A stretch of 64,000 bases of DNA from Escherichia coli (GTDB lineage Bacteria > Pseudomonadota > Gammaproteobacteria > Enterobacterales > Enterobacteriaceae): assembly GCF_044324785.1 (NCBI RefSeq), contig NZ_CP172127.1. One strand, 5' to 3'. Numbering within the stretch: the stretch's first letter is position 1; each line of letters opens with the position of its first letter. The notes under the pieces are model-generated. The model saw only the letters and a list, made by a program, of their open reading frames with translations. It was not told where the DNA came from and searched no databases. This document shows positions 46,633 to 55,251 of the stretch, piece by piece. Both the position numbers and the translations under genes were made by a program.

Positions 46633-47516
46633 TCCAGAAAGACAAAACGCGGGTTGATATTTATGGTGAGCGTTTTCGCACTCGCGCGAGTCAGTTAACG
46701 CCTGGGTTAAGAACTGTCGCAAGCTACATTAATGAGCATCGTGAAGTGGTACTCGAGCAAACGGCGATGGAAATTGCGGCCACGTTGAACACTTCCGATG
46801 CCACAGTTATCAGGGCTATACAGGCTCTGGGGTTTGCCGGGCTGCGTGATCTGAAACGCACTCTGGAACAGTGGCTTGGTCCAGCCCTTAGTTCCAGCGA
46901 AAAGATGTCTACGACGGTGAGTAACTTGACGAGCGATGTTAACACCGCAATCGACTTTGTTCTTGAAGGGCATTTGTATACTTGTAATGTCCTGTCAGAG
47001 CCTGAAAACCGCCACGCGCTTGCGCAAGCTGTAGCGTTGTTGGTGCAGGCACGGCAAGTCGCTATTTTTGGCATTGGCGCTTCGGGTATCCTGGCGGACT
47101 ATACCGCACGACTATTCAACCGCATAGGTTTGCCTGCCACGGCACTAAACCGTACGGGTATTGGCCTTGCCGAGCAACTGATCGCGCTTCAACGTGGCGA
47201 TGTTCTGATCATGATGGCGCAAAAATCTGCGCACCGGGAAGGGCTGACAACGCTTCGTGAGGCGAGGCGGCTGGGGATCCCTGTTATTTTGCTGACAAAC
47301 GCGCTGGATTCACGTTTTAGCAAAGACGCCAGTATCGTGATTCATGTTCCGCGCGGGGATGAAAAGGGGAAAACGCCACTACATGGTACGGTATTGTTGT
47401 GCCTGGAAATGATTGTTTGGTCGGTGGCTTCCGCGATGCCGCAGCGTGCGGTTAAAACCATTAAGCGAATTAACGATTTCCATCGGGGTTTGAAAACGGG
47501 AAGAAAGAATGGCTAA
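46629..47516 (+). CDS. RpiR/MurR-family transcriptional regulator (N-terminal HTH, C-terminal SIS domain)
   Basis: 295 aa; SIS-type nucleotide/sugar-phosphate-binding fold recognisable (…VAIFGIGASG…); start overlaps the SBP stop. Confidence 0.8.
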   Translation: MIQKDKTRVDIYGERFRTRASQLTPGLRTVASYINEHREVVLEQTAMEIAATLNTSDATVIRAIQALGFAGLRDLKRTLEQWLGPALSSSEKMSTTVSNLTSDVNTAIDFVLEGHLYTCNVLSEPENRHALAQAVALLVQARQVAIFGIGASGILADYTARLFNRIGLPATALNRTGIGLAEQLIALQRGDVLIMMAQKSAHREGLTTLREARRLGIPVILLTNALDSRFSKDASIVIHVPRGDEKGKTPLHGTVLLCLEMIVWSVASAMPQRAVKTIKRINDFHRGLKTGRKNG

Positions 47517-47524
47517 TCTGACCT

Positions 47525-47553
47525 GAGGCCGGTAGCAACACCGGCCTCTTTTC
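47525..47553. terminator. Hairpin plus T-tract between the regulator and ygiN
   Basis: gaggccggtagcaacaccggcctc followed by TTTTC. Confidence 0.65.
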
Positions 47554-47560
47554 AGGAATG

Positions 47561-47875
47561 TTAAATCCCCGGTTGCAGAATACGGATATTCATCTCCAGC
47601 ACGTCGCCTTTTACGGCTTCGCTGTACGCCTTCATGTGCGGGGTTTGCAGATGCGCTTCAAGATGCGCGATGCTTTCCCACTGCTCAATCATCACGATAG
47701 AATCCGGTGCCATAGACTGGAAACTCACGCCAGCAGCGCAATCCACCATTGGCGCATAGCCGTGGCAACCTTCTTCTTTCAGTACGGTTGGAACGATTTT
47801 AGCAAACTGATCCAATACCGCCTGACGGTGATGTTGACCAGGACGAGTACGGATTTCTGCGATTACGGTAAGCAT
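47561..47875 (-). CDS. ygiN: Quinol monooxygenase YgiN
   Basis: 104 aa MLTVIAEIRTRPGQHHRQAVLDQF... Confidence 0.93.
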   Translation of the reverse strand: MLTVIAEIRTRPGQHHRQAVLDQFAKIVPTVLKEEGCHGYAPMVDCAAGVSFQSMAPDSIVMIEQWESIAHLEAHLQTPHMKAYSEAVKGDVLEMNIRILQPGI

Positions 47876-47905
47876 GGTTAACTCCTTCTAAAGCCTGAGC
47901 TCTAG

Positions 47906-48487
47906 TTAACCAAAAATTTCCACAAGATGCTTGCGATATTCTTCAGTATAGCGGGGAACATCAGGCATTTTTATCACGTCATTAGCGATAAATGTCGGCA
48001 GCGGTTCCATGCCAAGGAATTGGTTTGCTTTATGGAATGGCAGATACACACCGTCAACGCCAACGCCGTGGAAGAACTGATCTTTTTCGGTGAAGGCTTC
48101 CATTGGTGCGTTCCAGGTCAGAGAAAGCATATATTTTTTGCCCTGTACCAGGCCGCCGGAACCGTATTTTTTCGACGGATCTTTGCGGGTACGACCATCG
48201 CTGGCATACAGAGTCCCGTGACCTTCGGTGAATACATCATCAATGTATTTTTTCACTGTCCACGGCGCGCCCATCCACCAGCCTGGCATCTGCCAGATCA
48301 CCACATCAGCCCAGAGAAAGTTTTGTACTTCCGCTTTGACATCGTAGTCGCTGTCGGCGCGAACGATGCGAACATCATGCCCGAGGTCGCGCAGTGTGCC
48401 ATCCGCGACTTCGGTCAGGGTGTTGTTCAGTTGACCATTGGAGTGGGCGAATTTTTTCGCGCCGTTGATAATCAGGATGTTGCTCAT
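47906..48487 (-). CDS. mdaB: NADPH:quinone oxidoreductase MdaB
   Basis: 193 aa MSNILIINGAKKFAHSNGQLNNTLTEVADG... Confidence 0.95.
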   Translation of the reverse strand: MSNILIINGAKKFAHSNGQLNNTLTEVADGTLRDLGHDVRIVRADSDYDVKAEVQNFLWADVVIWQMPGWWMGAPWTVKKYIDDVFTEGHGTLYASDGRTRKDPSKKYGSGGLVQGKKYMLSLTWNAPMEAFTEKDQFFHGVGVDGVYLPFHKANQFLGMEPLPTFIANDVIKMPDVPRYTEEYRKHLVEIFG

Positions 48488-48548
48488 TTTTTAACCTCAA
48501 GGTGAGACGTTTGTCGACTATAGTACGTCACAGAGCGGTACGGTGAAA

Positions 48549-48580
48549 TTAGCAAAATGTGCAAAGTCTTTTGCTAATTT
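48549..48580. promoter_or_regulatory. Perfect 10-bp inverted repeat ATTAGCAAAA-N12-TTTTGCTAAT upstream of mdaB and of the Hcp island
   Basis: attagcaaaatgtgcaaagtcttttgctaat, with an extra direct copy ttagcaaaag immediately 3'. Confidence 0.4.
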
Positions 48581-48736
48581 AGCAAAAGTCTGATCTTGCT
48601 CTGATTCACCGATGCGGGATAAATATTTTCTGAAAATGACAATACTGAAATCAACTTCCTATAAGTTCCCACAGGAGAGATGTATTATGTAAATGATAAA
48701 GTAGTTTTTCGGAAAAAATAATCATGGAGAATATAT

Positions 48737-49216
48737 ATGTCAAATATCATATACTTATCAATTAAAGGAAAAACACAAGGTTTGATCTCTGAGGGCTGTG
48801 GTTCGTATGCATCTATTGGTAATAAATATCAAATAAATCATGTGGATGAAATTTTTGTTTTACAGTTCGACCATTCTTTAAGTCGAGAATATAATGTAGT
48901 GCATCATCCCATAAAATTTTACAAGCCAATAGATAAATCCTCTCCTTTATTAAATGCTGCTCTTTCTGAAAATGAAGAGTTATCAGCTGTATTTAATTTT
49001 TATAGAATTAATTCTGGCGGTTGTATTGAAAGGTTTTACACAATTGAATTGCAAGGGGCATATTTATCGAATATTCTGACTTGTTATCCACACTCAATTA
49101 CACATGCGGGTAATCAACCGGAAGAGGTCATTGTTCTTAATTATAAAAATATAACATGGAAGCACCATATCGCGAGTACGGAATCATATAGCTGTTGGGA
49201 AGAAAGGATTTTTTAA
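48737..49216 (+). CDS. hcp: Hcp-family protein (type VI secretion tube protein), orphan copy
   Basis: 159 aa; conserved Hcp blocks: N-terminal Y-x-I-K-G...QGLI-x-GC, FVLQFDH, HHPIKFYKPIDKSSPLLNAAL, VIVLNYKNITWKH; RBS ggag 7 nt upstream; AT-rich context. Confidence 0.85.
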   Translation: MSNIIYLSIKGKTQGLISEGCGSYASIGNKYQINHVDEIFVLQFDHSLSREYNVVHHPIKFYKPIDKSSPLLNAALSENEELSAVFNFYRINSGGCIERFYTIELQGAYLSNILTCYPHSITHAGNQPEEVIVLNYKNITWKHHIASTESYSCWEERIF

Positions 49217-49218
49217 AT

Positions 49219-49926
49219 ATGAAAAGCGATCTCACTATAAAAAATAGATATTGTACAATTCCACAAACGAAGTTCCGTAAATGGGATGAAATGGACGTTT
49301 TACTCTGGAAGTTAGGAAAAAATGATTCGCGTCGCCGTTCAGGAGTATATTATTTAAATGCTTATAAAGATGCATATGTACAATATAATAGGGACAAAAT
49401 AATTAAACATGCATATGCCGCAGGGATTCGTCCAGAGTTATTGGGCGGCGTGGCCTGGATTGAGTCAGGAGGTATGCCTGAAAATTATAAGTTTCAGATA
49501 TATGAAACAAAAAGAATGATCGGATCGTTAGATATGCCTGAAAATAAAACATCATTTGGCTCAATGGGTATACAAATACGAACCGCAGCGATTACTCTAG
49601 GCCTTGACCCTTCAGAATTAACTACCAGAAATCAGTTAGAGTTAGCGACATGCCTGATGGAAGATGATTTTACCTTTAAAATTGCTGCTACTCATTTAAG
49701 AGATCTTGCCCTTTTTGATTATCCCTCTTCGGCAACACTGTATATGACGAATGAGCAGTATATTATGGCTGGTATTAGATATAATCGTGGTGTTGAACGA
49801 GATTTGGGTTTTTTTATTTATTTAATTAATAATTTGCCTGCGCGTGATACAGATGATTATAAATTCATCTCTTATGGTATGAGGTTGTTAGAGATTAGAG
49901 AACATATCAAAAAATTGATTAATTAG
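49219..49926 (+). CDS. Hypothetical protein with lytic-transglycosylase/lysozyme-like motifs; candidate Hcp-associated effector
   Basis: 235 aa from ATG 49219 (RBS ggaagaaagga); motifs WIESGG, SMGIQI and AGIRYNRG with spacing like the ES / GLMQ / AYNxG motifs of family-1 lytic transglycosylases; start 3 nt after the hcp stop. Confidence 0.6.
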   Translation: MKSDLTIKNRYCTIPQTKFRKWDEMDVLLWKLGKNDSRRRSGVYYLNAYKDAYVQYNRDKIIKHAYAAGIRPELLGGVAWIESGGMPENYKFQIYETKRMIGSLDMPENKTSFGSMGIQIRTAAITLGLDPSELTTRNQLELATCLMEDDFTFKIAATHLRDLALFDYPSSATLYMTNEQYIMAGIRYNRGVERDLGFFIYLINNLPARDTDDYKFISYGMRLLEIREHIKKLIN

Positions 49927-49935
49927 TAATCAGAG

Positions 49936-50265
49936 ATGTTAAAAAAACAACTACTATCAATATTTGAAGCACTATTATACATAATGCTTACTTATTGGTT
50001 AATAGATGCTTTTTTTGCTTTCAATAAGTATGACTGGATGCTTGAGTCGGGAGACAATATTTGCAGTATACCTTCCGTTTCAGGCGAAGATCGTATATTG
50101 CAAGCAATGATTGCAGCATTTTTTCTTCTGACGCCACTTATTATTCTTATCTTAAGAAAACTCTTTATGCGGGAAATGTTCGAGTTTTGGCTATATGTAT
50201 TCACGCTCGTTATTTGTTTGGTTTGTGGTTGGTGGCTTTTTTGGGGACGGTTTATATTTTGCTAA
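49936..50265 (+). CDS. Small 3-TM inner-membrane protein; candidate cognate immunity protein (possibly the YgiZ orthologue)
   Basis: 109 aa with three hydrophobic helices; immediately downstream of the putative effector; AT-rich. Confidence 0.55.
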   Translation: MLKKQLLSIFEALLYIMLTYWLIDAFFAFNKYDWMLESGDNICSIPSVSGEDRILQAMIAAFFLLTPLIILILRKLFMREMFEFWLYVFTLVICLVCGWWLFWGRFIFC

Positions 50266-50269
50266 TAGT

Positions 50270-50306
50270 AAAATCTATGAGAGTCGTTTTAACGGCTCTC
50301 ATAGAC
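50270..50306. terminator. 10-bp-stem hairpin closing the Hcp island, convergent with qseC
   Basis: tctatgagagtcgttttaacggctctcataga. Confidence 0.5.
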
Positions 50307-50313
50307 AGAGAAG

Positions 50314-51663
50314 TTACCAGCTCACCTTCGCCTCAAATCCACCTTGTTCCGCATTCCCAAACTCAACATTCATGCCATGCAATTTGGCGATTCGCTGGAC
50401 AATCGATAGCCCAAGTCCACTGCCGGTAGCGGTTTGTCCGGGTGGGCGATAGAAGCGTTCGCCAATTCTCGCCAGTGCCTCTGGTGTCACACCGGGGCCG
50501 TTATCCCTCACGATGAAATTATCGGCATTCAGCGTGACGTCTACCACGCTGCCCTGTGGACTGTAACGCACGGCGTTATCCAGAAGGTTTCGTACCAACA
50601 AACTTAGCAACAGCGGTTGTCCGGTGCGTTTGATGCCGTGGGCATTGAGTGTCAGTCGCACGTCAATTTTCGCCTGCTGCGCCGTGTGGTAAATATCCAT
50701 CACCGACGATTGCAGGAGATCTTCAAGCGGGATCTCCGCGACGTCCTGAAGGTTATCCAGTGAGTCCAGCCGCGATAGCGTGAGCAGTTGATCAACCAGA
50801 CGAGTAGCACGATCGATTCCGGAATGTAATTGAAGCAGCGCTTTTTTCCGCGCCTGCGGATCATCGTCAGAGAGCTGCGCAACTTCGGTTTGCACTTTCA
50901 GCGCCGTTAACGGGCTACGAAGTTCGTGAGCTGCGTCGGAGGTAAAGCGTCGTTCACGAACCATCATCGCATGTGTGCGGGCGAACAGTTGATTCAACGA
51001 CTCAACCAGTGGACGCACTTCGCTGGGTACGCCCGTCGCGTTTAGTGGTTTTTCCGAGTCAGGGTCACGCATACGTAGTGCCAGCGCCAGTTTGTTCAGC
51101 GGCGTGAGTTCACGACCCAGTAGTACCATCATGATGATTAACATAATCGGCAGTGCGACCAGCCACGGGATCAATTGTCCGGCAACAATCGCCAGCGCCA
51201 TGTCTTCACGGTATTCCCATTCCTGACCAACAACGATGCGATATTTGCCATCAGGTGAGGTCATCCAGACAAAACGCCAGGGATCGTCTTCACCGACCAG
51301 TTGCCCGTCAGCAAAACCTTCCCGCTGATAGCTATAGGGAATATCTTCTCCGTTATCGCCATCGTTAAGGACCATTCTGCCGTCGTGGGTAAAGATGGCA
51401 AAGGTCAGCGCATCGTCATCAACATGACCGTGTTTTAATTTATTTGGCGTCTGTGCCATGCGATCCGCCGCGTTGATTTCGTTGAGATCGAGCGTACTTA
51501 ACCGTTTGGCAAACAGCATCAGTTGGGTGTCGAACAACTCATCGACGTTATCCGTTGTTTGTTTCCAGGCGACAAAGCTGGAAAGCAGCCAGGTCACTGA
51601 GGCCAGAATTAAAAAGATTAGCGTCAGCCTGACTCGCAGACTAAGACGTTGGGTAAATTTCAT
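50314..51663 (-). CDS. qseC: Quorum-sensing/adrenergic sensor histidine kinase QseC
   Basis: 449 aa; two TM segments, HisKA and HATPase_c domains. Confidence 0.95.
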   Translation of the reverse strand: MKFTQRLSLRVRLTLIFLILASVTWLLSSFVAWKQTTDNVDELFDTQLMLFAKRLSTLDLNEINAADRMAQTPNKLKHGHVDDDALTFAIFTHDGRMVLNDGDNGEDIPYSYQREGFADGQLVGEDDPWRFVWMTSPDGKYRIVVGQEWEYREDMALAIVAGQLIPWLVALPIMLIIMMVLLGRELTPLNKLALALRMRDPDSEKPLNATGVPSEVRPLVESLNQLFARTHAMMVRERRFTSDAAHELRSPLTALKVQTEVAQLSDDDPQARKKALLQLHSGIDRATRLVDQLLTLSRLDSLDNLQDVAEIPLEDLLQSSVMDIYHTAQQAKIDVRLTLNAHGIKRTGQPLLLSLLVRNLLDNAVRYSPQGSVVDVTLNADNFIVRDNGPGVTPEALARIGERFYRPPGQTATGSGLGLSIVQRIAKLHGMNVEFGNAEQGGFEAKVSW

Positions 51664-52319
51664 TTCTCACCTAATGTGTAGCCAATACCATGAACGGTAC
51701 GAATAAAATCACTGCCGAGTTTGCGTCGCAGATGATGCACATGCACTTCAACGGCATTACTGGTGACCTCTTCGTCCCAGGTATACAGTTTCTCTTCAAT
51801 CAGTTTGCGCGGCAGTACCCGACCAGCGTTACGCATCAGTAATTCCAGCAGGGCAAATTCTTTTGGTTTCAGTGTTAAGGGTTCGCCAGCCAGCGTGGCG
51901 ATACGTTTGCCGGGGTCGAGCATGACGTTACCGTGGCGCAGTTCGTTGCTGGCCTGGCCGTTGGTTCGGCGCATCAGAGCTTCCAGCCTGGCGGCGACTT
52001 CTATCAACGCAAAAGGTTTACACAGATAATCGTCAGCTCCCAGACGCAGCCCCTCTACACGTTCCGCTAACGCATCGCGCGCGGTCAGGATCAGTACCGG
52101 CTCACGCTGACCTTTTTCTCGCCATTCGCGCAAAATATCGCGACCATCCATGCCTGGTAAGGTTAAATCCAGGATCACCGCATCATAAGGCGCACTATAT
52201 AGCGCCTCTTTTCCCTGACGACCTTGTGTAAACCAGTCGACGCTAAAACCCATTTTACTAAGGCCCGTTTTGATGCCGTCGCCAATCAGCATGTCATCTT
52301 CTATCAGTAAAATTCGCAT
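51660..52319 (-). CDS. qseB: Response regulator QseB (OmpR family)
   Basis: 219 aa [20 protein letters not shown]...; stop overlaps the qseC start. Confidence 0.95.
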   Translation of the reverse strand: MRILLIEDDMLIGDGIKTGLSKMGFSVDWFTQGRQGKEALYSAPYDAVILDLTLPGMDGRDILREWREKGQREPVLILTARDALAERVEGLRLGADDYLCKPFALIEVAARLEALMRRTNGQASNELRHGNVMLDPGKRIATLAGEPLTLKPKEFALLELLMRNAGRVLPRKLIEEKLYTWDEEVTSNAVEVHVHHLRRKLGSDFIRTVHGIGYTLGEK

Positions 52320-52470
52320 TTTTTCATCCCTGCGATAACCGTATTTGCTGCCAGTAAACCGTGTTGTAACGCGCTCTGTACAGCATTAAATTTTATTTTT
52401 TTCCCTTAAGAAGTTGTTAAGGACTATCTTGTTAAATGCTCGGAAACAGACATTAAAGGGAGTAATAAAC

Positions 52471-52863
52471 ATGAAAAAATTCGCAGCAGTAATCGCAGTA
52501 ATGGCCCTGTGCAGCGCACCGGTGATGGCAGCAGAGCAGGGCGGTTTTTCTGGCCCATCGGCAACGCAAAGTCAGGCCGGAGGATTCCAGGGGCCGAACG
52601 GCAGCGTAACGACCGTAGAAAGCGCAAAATCCCTGCGTGACGACACCTGGGTAACCCTGCGCGGCAATATCGTTGAACGCATCTCTGACGATCTCTACGT
52701 GTTCAAAGATGCCAGCGGTACTATCAATGTTGATATCGACCACAAACGCTGGAACGGCGTGACGGTGACGCCGAAAGATACGGTTGAGATTCAGGGTGAA
52801 GTCGATAAAGACTGGAATTCTGTTGAAATTGACGTCAAACAGATCCGCAAAGTAAATCCGTAA
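52471..52863 (+). CDS. ygiW: BOF/OB-fold periplasmic stress protein YgiW (VisP)
   Basis: 130 aa from MKKFAAVIAVMALCSAPVMA signal peptide. Confidence 0.9.
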   Translation: MKKFAAVIAVMALCSAPVMAAEQGGFSGPSATQSQAGGFQGPNGSVTTVESAKSLRDDTWVTLRGNIVERISDDLYVFKDASGTINVDIDHKRWNGVTVTPKDTVEIQGEVDKDWNSVEIDVKQIRKVNP

Positions 52864-52915
52864 TTGTTACCGCTCCCGGGACGCATTCCCGGGAATAATT
52901 TCGCAGGGAGGCAAA

Positions 52916-53398
52916 ATGACAAACCTGACACTGGATGTAAATATTATCGATTTCCCATCAATCCCTGTGGCGATGTTGCCGCACCGCTGTAGCCCTGAGT
53001 TGCTCAACTACAGCGTGGCGAAATTTATCATGTGGCGTAAAGAGACGGGGCTTTCTCCTGTTAACCAAAGCCAGACTTTTGGCGTCGCCTGGGACGACCC
53101 TGCCACCACCGCACCGGAAGCGTTTCGCTTTGATATCTGCGGCAGCGTTAGCGAACCGATCCCCGATAATCGTTATGGTGTGAGTAATGGTGAACTTACC
53201 GGTGGACGTTATGCTGTGGCCCGCCATGTTGGCGAGCTGGACGATATTTCACACACGATATGGGGCATCATTCGCCACTGGCTACCTGCAAGCGGCGAGA
53301 AAATGCGTAAAGCACCGATTCTGTTTCACTACACCAATCTTGCCGAAGGAGTGACAGAGCAGCGACTGGAAACGGATGTTTATGTACCGTTAGCGTGA
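52916..53398 (+). CDS. ygiV: GyrI-like (AraC effector-binding-domain) transcriptional repressor YgiV
   Basis: 160 aa. Confidence 0.88.
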   Translation: MTNLTLDVNIIDFPSIPVAMLPHRCSPELLNYSVAKFIMWRKETGLSPVNQSQTFGVAWDDPATTAPEAFRFDICGSVSEPIPDNRYGVSNGELTGGRYAVARHVGELDDISHTIWGIIRHWLPASGEKMRKAPILFHYTNLAEGVTEQRLETDVYVPLA

Positions 53399-53506
53399 TG
53401 GAGAATCTTTACCGGAGTGTGAGCCACATCACTCGCGATAAGTTTGAGCGAACAATGCCACAGGCGTATTGTTGTCGGGCTTATAATTTCTCCGGTAAGG
53501 AATACC

Positions 53507-55114
53507 ATGTATACGCGAAATTTATTATGGCTGGTCAGCCTGGTAAGTGCGGCTCCTCTCTACGCTGCTGACGTTCCCGCCAACACACCGCTCGCCCCGC
53601 AACAAGTCTTTCGTTACAACAATCATAGCGACCCAGGTACGCTCGACCCGCAAAAGGTAGAGGAGAATACTGCCGCGCAGATTGTGCTGGATCTGTTTGA
53701 AGGTCTGGTATGGATGGACGGTGAAGGCCAGGTGCAGCCCGCTCAGGCTGAACGCTGGGAGATACTGGACGGCGGCAAGCGCTATATTTTCCATCTGCGT
53801 AGCGGTTTGCAGTGGTCAGACGGTCAGCCTCTGACGGCAGAGGATTTTGTCCTCGGCTGGCAGCGCGCGGTTGACCCGAAAACGGCAAGCCCTTTTGCTG
53901 GCTATCTGGCACAGGCGCACATTAACAATGCCGCGGCTATTGTTGCGGGTAAAGCAGATGTTACATCGCTGGGTGTCAAAGCGATGGATGATCGTACTCT
54001 TGAAGTTACGCTTGAGCAGCCGGTTCCTTGGTTCACGACGATGCTCGCCTGGCCGACGCTGTTCCCGGTTCCCCATCATGTCATCGCGAAATATGGCGAT
54101 AGCTGGAGTAAGCCTGCGCATATGGTTTACAACGGTGCCTTTGTGCTTGAACAGTGGGTAGTTAACGAAAAGATTACTGCACGCAAAAATCCAAAGTACC
54201 GCGATGCGCAACATACAGTATTGCAACAGGTTGAGTATCTGGCGCTGGATAATTCGGTCACCGGCTATAACCGCTATCGCGCGGGAGAGGTCGATCTCAC
54301 CTGGGTTCCGGCGCAGCAAATTCCCACCATTGAAAAATCACTGCCTGGCGAGCTACGAATTATCCCGCGTCTGAACAGCGAATATTACAACTTTAACCTT
54401 GAGAAACCGCCATTTAACGATGTGCGGGTGCGTCGGGCGCTATATCTTACGGTTGATCGACAGCTTATTGCGCAAAAGGTACTGGGGTTGAGAACGCCCG
54501 CAACCACGCTGACGCCGCCAGAGGTAAAAGGCTTTAGCGCGACGACGTTCGATGAACTGCAAAAGCCAATGAGTGAGCGTGTCGCGATGGCAAAAGCCTT
54601 GCTGAAACAGGCGGGATACGACGCCTCTCATCCGCTACGCTTTGAGCTGTTCTACAACAAGTACGATCTGCATGAAAAAACCGCGATAGCGTTGTCTTCC
54701 GAATGGAAAAAATGGCTGGGTGCACAGGTGACGCTGCGCACAATGGAGTGGAAAACTTATCTTGATGCCCGACGAGCCGGTGATTTCATGCTGTCGCGGC
54801 AGTCGTGGGATGCGACGTATAATGATGCTTCCAGCTTCCTGAACACGCTCAAAAGCGATAGTGAAGAAAACGTCGGTCACTGGAAAAATGCGCAGTATGA
54901 CGCCTTACTAAACCAGGCCACGCAGATCACTGATGCGACAAAGCGTAATGCGTTGTATCAGCAGGCAGAAGTGATCATCAACCAACAGGCACCGCTGATT
55001 CCTATCTACTATCAGCCGTTAATCAAACTGCTTAAACCCTACGTTGGCGGTTTTCCGCTGCATAATCCCCAGGATTATGTCTACAGCAAAGAGTTGTATA
55101 TCAAGGCACATTGA
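53507..55114 (+). CDS. ygiS: Periplasmic solute-binding protein family 5 (oligopeptide/bile-salt binding) YgiS
   Basis: 535 aa from MYTRNLLWLVSLVSAAPLYA signal peptide. Confidence 0.9.
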   Translation: MYTRNLLWLVSLVSAAPLYAADVPANTPLAPQQVFRYNNHSDPGTLDPQKVEENTAAQIVLDLFEGLVWMDGEGQVQPAQAERWEILDGGKRYIFHLRSGLQWSDGQPLTAEDFVLGWQRAVDPKTASPFAGYLAQAHINNAAAIVAGKADVTSLGVKAMDDRTLEVTLEQPVPWFTTMLAWPTLFPVPHHVIAKYGDSWSKPAHMVYNGAFVLEQWVVNEKITARKNPKYRDAQHTVLQQVEYLALDNSVTGYNRYRAGEVDLTWVPAQQIPTIEKSLPGELRIIPRLNSEYYNFNLEKPPFNDVRVRRALYLTVDRQLIAQKVLGLRTPATTLTPPEVKGFSATTFDELQKPMSERVAMAKALLKQAGYDASHPLRFELFYNKYDLHEKTAIALSSEWKKWLGAQVTLRTMEWKTYLDARRAGDFMLSRQSWDATYNDASSFLNTLKSDSEENVGHWKNAQYDALLNQATQITDATKRNALYQQAEVIINQQAPLIPIYYQPLIKLLKPYVGGFPLHNPQDYVYSKELYIKAH

Positions 55115-55251
55115 TGCCTTTATCGCCGTCGGAGCACGTCCGGCGGCGCTATTCACGCTGATCTCCTGTGACTCGACGCGGCAGATAATGTAGTATCTCC
55201 GGCAATATTGCCCCTTTGAAGGCTGGCGAATAAGTTGAGGAATCAGAATTA

